Source of the DNA: Bacillota bacterium
GTDB taxonomy: Bacteria > Bacillota > Ch66
Direction: 5' to 3'
Assembly (NCBI GenBank): GCA_013178045.1
Contig: JABLXP010000001.1
Coordinates: 96,780 to 160,779, forward strand
DNA: 64,000 bases
A model generated the notes under the pieces. The model worked only from the letters and a program-made list of their open reading frames with translations, did no database searches and was not told where the DNA came from. A program made the translations under genes and the position numbers. Positions 59,194 through 64,000 of the stretch are shown in pieces. Position 1 is the stretch's first letter. Every line of letters begins with the position of its first letter.

Positions 59194-59823
59194 ATGATAG
59201 AAAAAGTGATTGACGAATTGCTCCAGAAGCAAAATCAGGTCAGGTGCAAACAGGTGAGTATACGAACTTTTATTGCGATCAAATTATCTTCTGAATTACA
59301 ACGAGTAGTGCTCCAGCGTCAAAACCAGTTGATGCAGGAAATAAACGGGGTCAAGTGGGTTGAAGCTGAAAATTTGCACCTCACCCTGAAGTTTTTGGGT
59401 GATACTGATGAAAACGCGGTAAAGCGAGTTTGGACGGCCTTGAATGACGGAGTGGAAGGAATCTCCCCGTTTTCTCTGGTTGCCGAAGGAATTGGCGGAT
59501 TTCCAAACTCAAATCGGGCCAGAGTGCTCTGGCTCGGGGTGGGGGGTAACCTGAATGAACTGAATCGGGTATACGACGGGATTGAGACAGCCCTGGTCAA
59601 CCTTGGATGGCCCAGGGAAAAAGCGAGGTTTCATCCTCACATTACGTTGGGGCGGGTCAGAAATGGCGCGCTTCCGGTAGACCTCCGGCCGTGGGTAGAG
59701 GGACAGGAGTTTAAACGGATGGGTTCTTGGTTGGTGAAAGGCGTTTCGTTTATGCAGAGCGAATTGACCCGGCGGGGACCGATTTATACCACTCTGGCTG
59801 AAATTTTACTCCGGCCCAATTAA
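59194..59823 (+). CDS. thpR: RNA 2',3'-cyclic phosphodiesterase (2'-5' RNA ligase family, ThpR/LigT)
   Basis: Two H-x-T/S-x motifs (NLHLTLKFLG, HPHITLGRV) of the 2H phosphoesterase fold. The ORF-track start is 59170. Confidence 0.75.
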   Translation: MIEKVIDELLQKQNQVRCKQVSIRTFIAIKLSSELQRVVLQRQNQLMQEINGVKWVEAENLHLTLKFLGDTDENAVKRVWTALNDGVEGISPFSLVAEGIGGFPNSNRARVLWLGVGGNLNELNRVYDGIETALVNLGWPREKARFHPHITLGRVRNGALPVDLRPWVEGQEFKRMGSWLVKGVSFMQSELTRRGPIYTTLAEILLRPN

Positions 59824-59840
59824 TTTACCTTATGTTCGGT

Positions 59841-59868
59841 TGACAGGAATTAGAAATTTGTCTATAAT
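59841..59868 (+). promoter_or_regulatory. Sigma-A promoter of recA
   Basis: TTGACA, a 16-nt spacer, then TATAAT. Confidence 0.6.
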
Positions 59869-59878
59869 TTAGCCATAC

Positions 59879-59892
59879 CGAACAAGTGTTTT
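59879..59892. promoter_or_regulatory. Putative LexA (Cheo/SOS) box
   Basis: CGAACAAGTGTTTT resembles the Gram-positive consensus CGAAC-N4-GTTCG, with one mismatch in the right arm. It lies just downstream of the recA -10 element. Confidence 0.4.
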
Positions 59893-59908
59893 GGAGGAGG
59901 AGAAAATT

Positions 59909-60940
59909 ATGTCCGAAAAGCAGCGGGCCTTAGAAATGGCTATCGGGCAAATTGAGAAACAATTTGGCAAGGGTTCAATTATGAAGTTAGGGGAAGCGAC
60001 TAAGATGGTGGTTGAGACTATTCCCACCGGTGCCCTGACTTTAGACCTGGCGTTAGGTGTCGGCGGGGTGCCCCGTGGGCGGGTGATTGAGCTCTACGGT
60101 CCGGAATCCTCGGGCAAGACGACGGTCGCCCTGCACATTGTCGCGGAGGCGCAGAAGATGGGGGGGACAGCCGCTTTTATTGATGCTGAGCACGCTTTAG
60201 ATCCTATCTATGCCCGTAAGCTCGGGGTTGATATAGATAATCTTCTGGTTTCGCAACCGGACACCGGTGAACAAGCGCTGGAAATCGCTGAAGCCTTAGT
60301 GCGCAGCGGGGCGATTGACGTGGTGGTGGTTGATTCAGTGGCTGCGCTTGTTCCCCGGGCAGAACTGGAAGGAGAGATGGGAGATCAGCATGTGGGGCTT
60401 CAGGCGCGGTTGATGTCACAGGCCCTGCGCAAACTGACTGGGGCGATCAGCAAATCGCGCACGGTAGCCATCTTTATTAACCAACTCCGGGAAAAGGTCG
60501 GGGTGATGTATGGTTCACCTGAGACCACGCCTGGTGGGCGTGCCCTGAAATTTTACGCCTCGGTTCGGTTGGAGGTTAAGAAGGTCGAGACCTTAAAACA
60601 AGGTTCAGAAGTGGTTGGTAGTCGTACCCGGGTTAAAGTGGTGAAGAATAAGGTTGCCCCGCCCTTTAAGCAGGCTGAGTTTGATATTATGTACGGTACG
60701 GGCATATCCCGGGAAAGTAGTCTGATTGACATCGGGGTAGAATTGGATATTATTAGTAAGAGTGGGGCTTGGTATTCTTACGGCGGCGAGCGACTTGGGC
60801 AGGGACGGGAAAATGTCAAAGAGTACCTTAAAGAACACCCGGAGATAGCGGCTGAGATCGAAGCTAAAATCAGACAAGCTTTAAGTGGTGGACAGTTGAA
60901 ATCCCTTCCACTGGCAGATGAAACCGAGAACATAGAGTAG
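59909..60940 (+). CDS. recA: Recombinase RecA
   Basis: Canonical RecA sequence (GPESSGKTT Walker A, IDAEHALD). GGAGGAGG RBS. The ORF-track start is 59891. Confidence 0.95.
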   Translation: MSEKQRALEMAIGQIEKQFGKGSIMKLGEATKMVVETIPTGALTLDLALGVGGVPRGRVIELYGPESSGKTTVALHIVAEAQKMGGTAAFIDAEHALDPIYARKLGVDIDNLLVSQPDTGEQALEIAEALVRSGAIDVVVVDSVAALVPRAELEGEMGDQHVGLQARLMSQALRKLTGAISKSRTVAIFINQLREKVGVMYGSPETTPGGRALKFYASVRLEVKKVETLKQGSEVVGSRTRVKVVKNKVAPPFKQAEFDIMYGTGISRESSLIDIGVELDIISKSGAWYSYGGERLGQGRENVKEYLKEHPEIAAEIEAKIRQALSGGQLKSLPLADETENIE

Positions 60941-60959
60941 GACGGATTAGGCACAAGGC

Positions 60960-60988
60960 TTGACAACCCTGATAAAAAAGAATAGAAT
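60960..60988 (+). promoter_or_regulatory. Sigma-A promoter downstream of recA
   Basis: TTGACA, a 17-nt spacer, then TAGAAT. Confidence 0.5.
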
Positions 60989-61204
60989 GGAGGATGGGAG
61001 AAACTGGACTTTGGAATACTTCCTACCACTGAGCGGGTTTCTTATATAGATAAAAAACTATACTCTACCAGAACAGGCTGGTGGGGATTTTTAGCGGTTT
61101 TTTGGAGATATAAGAAAAAGAGCAAAACTCTGGCTTTGAGTCACGAGGAACAGCCTACCCGTGTTTATGTTGCTTATAAACAGTGGAGGAAAGTTTCTAA
61201 ACGT

Positions 61205-61233
61205 AACCGAGTTTCTACTCGGTTTAATTTTTT
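61205..61233 (+). terminator. Rho-independent terminator or attenuator immediately upstream of the rny RBS
   Basis: AACCGAGT-TTCT-ACTCGGTT followed by TAATTTTTT. Confidence 0.55.
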
Positions 61234-61279
61234 GTCTAGCAAACCTAGACCTATTTCTATGACAAGGAGGTGAAACTAT

Positions 61280-62812
61280 ATTATCAATTATTTAATTGGG
61301 GCAATACTTCTAGTTATTGGTGTTCTGATTGGATTTCTGGTCCGTAAGGCTTTAGCGGAGGCCAGGATCAATTCAGCGGAAGAAGCTGCCCGAAAAATTA
61401 TTGAGGAAGCCGAGAAAGAGGCAGAGGCCAAAAAGCGGGAAGCGATCCTGGGGGCAAAAGAGGAAATTCACCAACTCCGTTCTGAAGCCGAGCGGGAAAA
61501 CCGGGAGCGCCGGAACGAGCTGCAACGGTTGGAACGCCGCTTGTTGCAAAAGGAAGAAACGCTCGATCGCAAGATGGAGGGCCTGGAGCGCAAAGAAGAC
61601 GCTTTGCAAAGAAAAGAAGCCGAGGTTGACCGGCTCAGAGAGGAGTTGGCGCGAATCCATGAGCGGCAGCTAACGGAATTAGAACGTTTGTCCGGGTTAA
61701 CCTGGGACGAGGCTCGCCAGTTGCTTTTGAGTAAGGTTGAGGATGAAATTAAGCATGAGATTGCTGTCATGATCAAGGATATGGAGACTCAGGCCAAAGA
61801 AGAGGCGGAGAAAAAGGCGAGAGAAATCATTACCCTGGCTATTCAACGCTGCGCCGCTGATGTTGTGGCCGAGACCACTGTATCAGTTGTGGCTTTACCG
61901 AACGATGAGATGAAGGGGCGGATTATTGGGCGTGAAGGACGGAATATCCGTACACTCGAGACCCTGACCGGTATTGACCTGATTATCGATGATACACCGG
62001 AGGCCGTGATTCTTTCCGGTTTTGACCCGATCAGACGGGAAATAGCTCGACTGGCTCTGGAAAAACTAATTTTGGACGGGCGAATTCACCCGGCTCGTAT
62101 TGAGGAGATGGTGGAAAAAGCCCAGAAGGAAGTTGACCAGAAAATCCGGGAAGAAGGAGAACAGGCTGCGTTCGAGACAGGGGTTCATGGTCTGCATCCC
62201 GAACTGATTAAGTTACTCGGGCGGCTGAAGTACCGAACCAGTTATGGCCAAAATGTTTTAAAGCATTCAATTGAAGTATCCCATTTAGCCGCGGCCATGG
62301 CTGCTGAACTTGGTGCTGATGTGCAATTGGCAAAACGAGCGGGCCTTCTTCATGATATCGGTAAGGCAGTTGACCACGAAGTCAGTGGTCCCCACGTCAA
62401 TATCGGTGCGGATCTGGCCAAGAAATATCGAGAGGGGCCCGAGGTAATTCATGCGATTATGGCCCACCACGGTGATATTGAACCTCAGACTATTGAGGCG
62501 GTTCTGGTACAGGCGGCTGACGCTATCTCGGCAGCCAGACCAGGAGCACGCCGGGAGACCCTTGAAGCCTACATCAAACGGCTTGAGAAACTAGAAGAAA
62601 TCGCGGATTCTTTTGAAGGCGTCGAAAAATCATACGCTATTCAGGCGGGGCGGGAGATCCGGATTATGGTTAAACCTGATAAGGTTGATGATGCAACCTC
62701 AGTGCGCATCGCCCGCGATATCGTTAAGAAAATTGAAAGCGAACTAGAATACCCCGGGCAGATTAAGGTTGTGGTAATCAGAGAGACCCGGGTGGTTGAT
62801 TACGCCAAGTAA
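61280..62812 (+). CDS. rny: Ribonuclease Y (N-terminal TM anchor, coiled coil, KH and HD domains), apparently initiating at a non-canonical ATT/ATC codon
   Basis: KH ([15 protein letters not shown]) and HD ([17 protein letters not shown]...LLHDIGK) domains. The frame is open back to the stop at 61271-61273 and encodes a conserved TM helix [25 protein letters not shown] at 61266-61271. The first ATG/GTG/TTG in frame is at 61529. Confidence 0.8.
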   Translation: MINYLIGAILLVIGVLIGFLVRKALAEARINSAEEAARKIIEEAEKEAEAKKREAILGAKEEIHQLRSEAERENRERRNELQRLERRLLQKEETLDRKMEGLERKEDALQRKEAEVDRLREELARIHERQLTELERLSGLTWDEARQLLLSKVEDEIKHEIAVMIKDMETQAKEEAEKKAREIITLAIQRCAADVVAETTVSVVALPNDEMKGRIIGREGRNIRTLETLTGIDLIIDDTPEAVILSGFDPIRREIARLALEKLILDGRIHPARIEEMVEKAQKEVDQKIREEGEQAAFETGVHGLHPELIKLLGRLKYRTSYGQNVLKHSIEVSHLAAAMAAELGADVQLAKRAGLLHDIGKAVDHEVSGPHVNIGADLAKKYREGPEVIHAIMAHHGDIEPQTIEAVLVQAADAISAARPGARRETLEAYIKRLEKLEEIADSFEGVEKSYAIQAGREIRIMVKPDKVDDATSVRIARDIVKKIESELEYPGQIKVVVIRETRVVDYAK

Positions 62813-62833
62813 ATTGTTTGATTTTAGACATTA

Positions 62834-62866
62834 AAAACTGGTCTCGGTTGAGGCCAGTTTTTTCAA
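62834..62866 (+). terminator. Rho-independent terminator after rny
   Basis: AAAACTGGTCTC-GGTT-GAGGCCAGTTTTTT. The 8-bp stem contains one G-U pair and is flanked by A and T runs. Confidence 0.6.
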
Positions 62867-62937
62867 ATCGCTTAAATCGAAATAGAGAGAAAAAAAGAAG
62901 GATTTTGTTTAAAGATCGCGAAATAATATCAACACTT

Positions 62938-63483
62938 ATGACCGAAAGGAAGGCGACCACTACTGTGTACATAAAAACTAGGACGGTGCATGCCGGCTCC
63001 GATAGCGTTGAACTCTTGACATCAATTATGATGCGTTACCCGGAAGTTGGGACAATTAATTTTGAACCAGCCAGACGACTACTAAAGTTTACTTTTATTC
63101 TCTCACAAGTGGTAACGAATAAGGAGATTGATTTATTCCGGGAAAAGCTGGTCACTATGGTTGATGCTTATAATCATTTAGAGGGCCGGGAACCAGGTGT
63201 GGTCGAAGTGACAGCTACTTTTTGTAAACAGTTAACACTCTTGGAAATTAGTCGAGACATCGAGTCCCTGGATTATGACGAAATTGCCTTATTAATGGCC
63301 ATCCTGCACCAGCAATTTGGTTCCCTGATTATGACCGAGGAGAGCGAGGGGATGCTGGAAGAGGAAATTCTCTTGCAGGAAGACTTGATCCGACAGATGC
63401 TAGAGAGCTTAAGGTGCTGTGAACAAGAAAAGAAACTGGTTGCCTTTCGTGAAGAGGGCCGCGTTCTGGTATTCAATAAATAG
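62938..63483 (+). CDS. Hypothetical protein between rny and ymdB, start uncertain
   Basis: Long ORF (track 62818-63483) whose 5' end contains the rny terminator, so the true start must be internal, for example M at 62938. No family recognised. Confidence 0.35.
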   Translation: MTERKATTTVYIKTRTVHAGSDSVELLTSIMMRYPEVGTINFEPARRLLKFTFILSQVVTNKEIDLFREKLVTMVDAYNHLEGREPGVVEVTATFCKQLTLLEISRDIESLDYDEIALLMAILHQQFGSLIMTEESEGMLEEEILLQEDLIRQMLESLRCCEQEKKLVAFREEGRVLVFNK

Positions 63484-63580
63484 GAAAGATGGTATGGTTA
63501 ATTTTCCCCCATGGCACTGGGGACTACCAGACTAATTTTGGGATACAACAATTTAAAATTTGCTTATTGGGGGGAGATTT

Positions 63581-64000
63581 GTGCGGATATTAATGATCGG
63601 GGACATTGTGGGCCGGGCTGGCAGAAAAATAGTTCGGGAACTCTTGCCCCAAATCATTAAAGAGCACAAGGTTGACTTGGTCATTGCCAACGGGGAGAAC
63701 GCTGCCGGTGGAAACGGGATTACCCAAGCTATCGCTGAAGAATTGTATTCTTACGGGGTTGATATCCTGACCATGGGCAATCACGTTTGGGACAAAAAGG
63801 AAATCTTTGATTTTATTGATTATGATGATCGAATCCTTCGTCCGGCTAATTACCCACTTGGAACGCCGGGGAAGGGTTTTCTTATTTTTTCAGCGGCAGA
63901 AGGATTTAAAGTTGGGGTAATCAACCTGTCGGGTCGGGTTTTTCTAAACTCGCTTGATTGCCCATTTCGGTTAGCCAATCAATTGATTCAGGAGATTAGG
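63581..64000 (+). CDS. ymdB: YmdB-like metallophosphoesterase (TIGR00282 family), 3'-truncated by the window end
   Basis: RILMIGDIVGRAGR ... ANGENAAGGNGIT ... GNHVWDK calcineurin-like motifs. GTG start after GGGGGAG. Conserved rny-ymdB order. Confidence 0.8.
   Translation, partial: MRILMIGDIVGRAGRKIVRELLPQIIKEHKVDLVIANGENAAGGNGITQAIAEELYSYGVDILTMGNHVWDKKEIFDFIDYDDRILRPANYPLGTPGKGFLIFSAAEGFKVGVINLSGRVFLNSLDCPFRLANQLIQEIR

Noticed and set aside
60986-61048. 20-codon ORF (MEDGRNWTLEYFLPLSGFLI) right after the post-recA promoter
   Set aside because: Its ATG overlaps the -10 hexamer, so it would not be on the transcript. It is treated as non-coding leader sequence.
1-64000. Mobile elements, prophage, integrase/transposase, CRISPR arrays, tRNA and rRNA genes
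   Set aside because: No translation resembles transposases, recombinases or Cas proteins. No direct-repeat/spacer arrays or cloverleaf-compatible segments were seen. The window is syntenic core chromosome throughout.

Overview
This is a conserved core-chromosome segment from a sporulating Firmicute, probably a Clostridia or Peptococcaceae-like organism, with about 50% GC. Nearly all genes lie on the + strand. Gene order is the 3' end of a flagellar/chemotaxis operon (cheC-cheD-fliA-FapA), then rpsB-tsf-pyrH-frr-uppS-cdsA-dxr-rseP-ispG-proS-polC, rimP-nusA-ylxR-ylxQ-infB-rbfA-nrnA-truB-ribF, rpsO-pnp, a sporulation and lysine/DPA block (pdaB-like, mlpA, dut, ylmC, dapB, spoVFA/B, asd, dapG, dapA), rnjA-tepA-ylzJ, ftsK/spoIIIE, selU, rodZ-rimO-pgsA, an amino-acid ABC transporter, a minus-strand thiamine operon under a TPP riboswitch, a membrane protein paired with a minimal FtsH-like protease, thpR, recA, rny and ymdB. 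I found no rRNA, tRNA, CRISPR array, transposase or integrase. The most unusual observations are:
- The PolC replicase appears to lack its inserted 3'-5' proofreading exonuclease domain entirely.
- rny appears to begin at a non-ATG/GTG/TTG codon.
- A translationally coupled membrane-protein/short-FtsH pair of unknown role sits beside the thi operon.
- A DUF4258 toxin-like two-gene insert lies between ribF and rpsO.
- A standalone promoter-leader-terminator cassette occupies the slot where recX normally sits.
- Several structured leaders are present (rimP-nusA, rpsB, rnjA).
Gene products are called from recognisable motifs in the supplied translations. Promoters, terminators and hairpins were read directly from the nucleotide sequence. 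No database searches were run.
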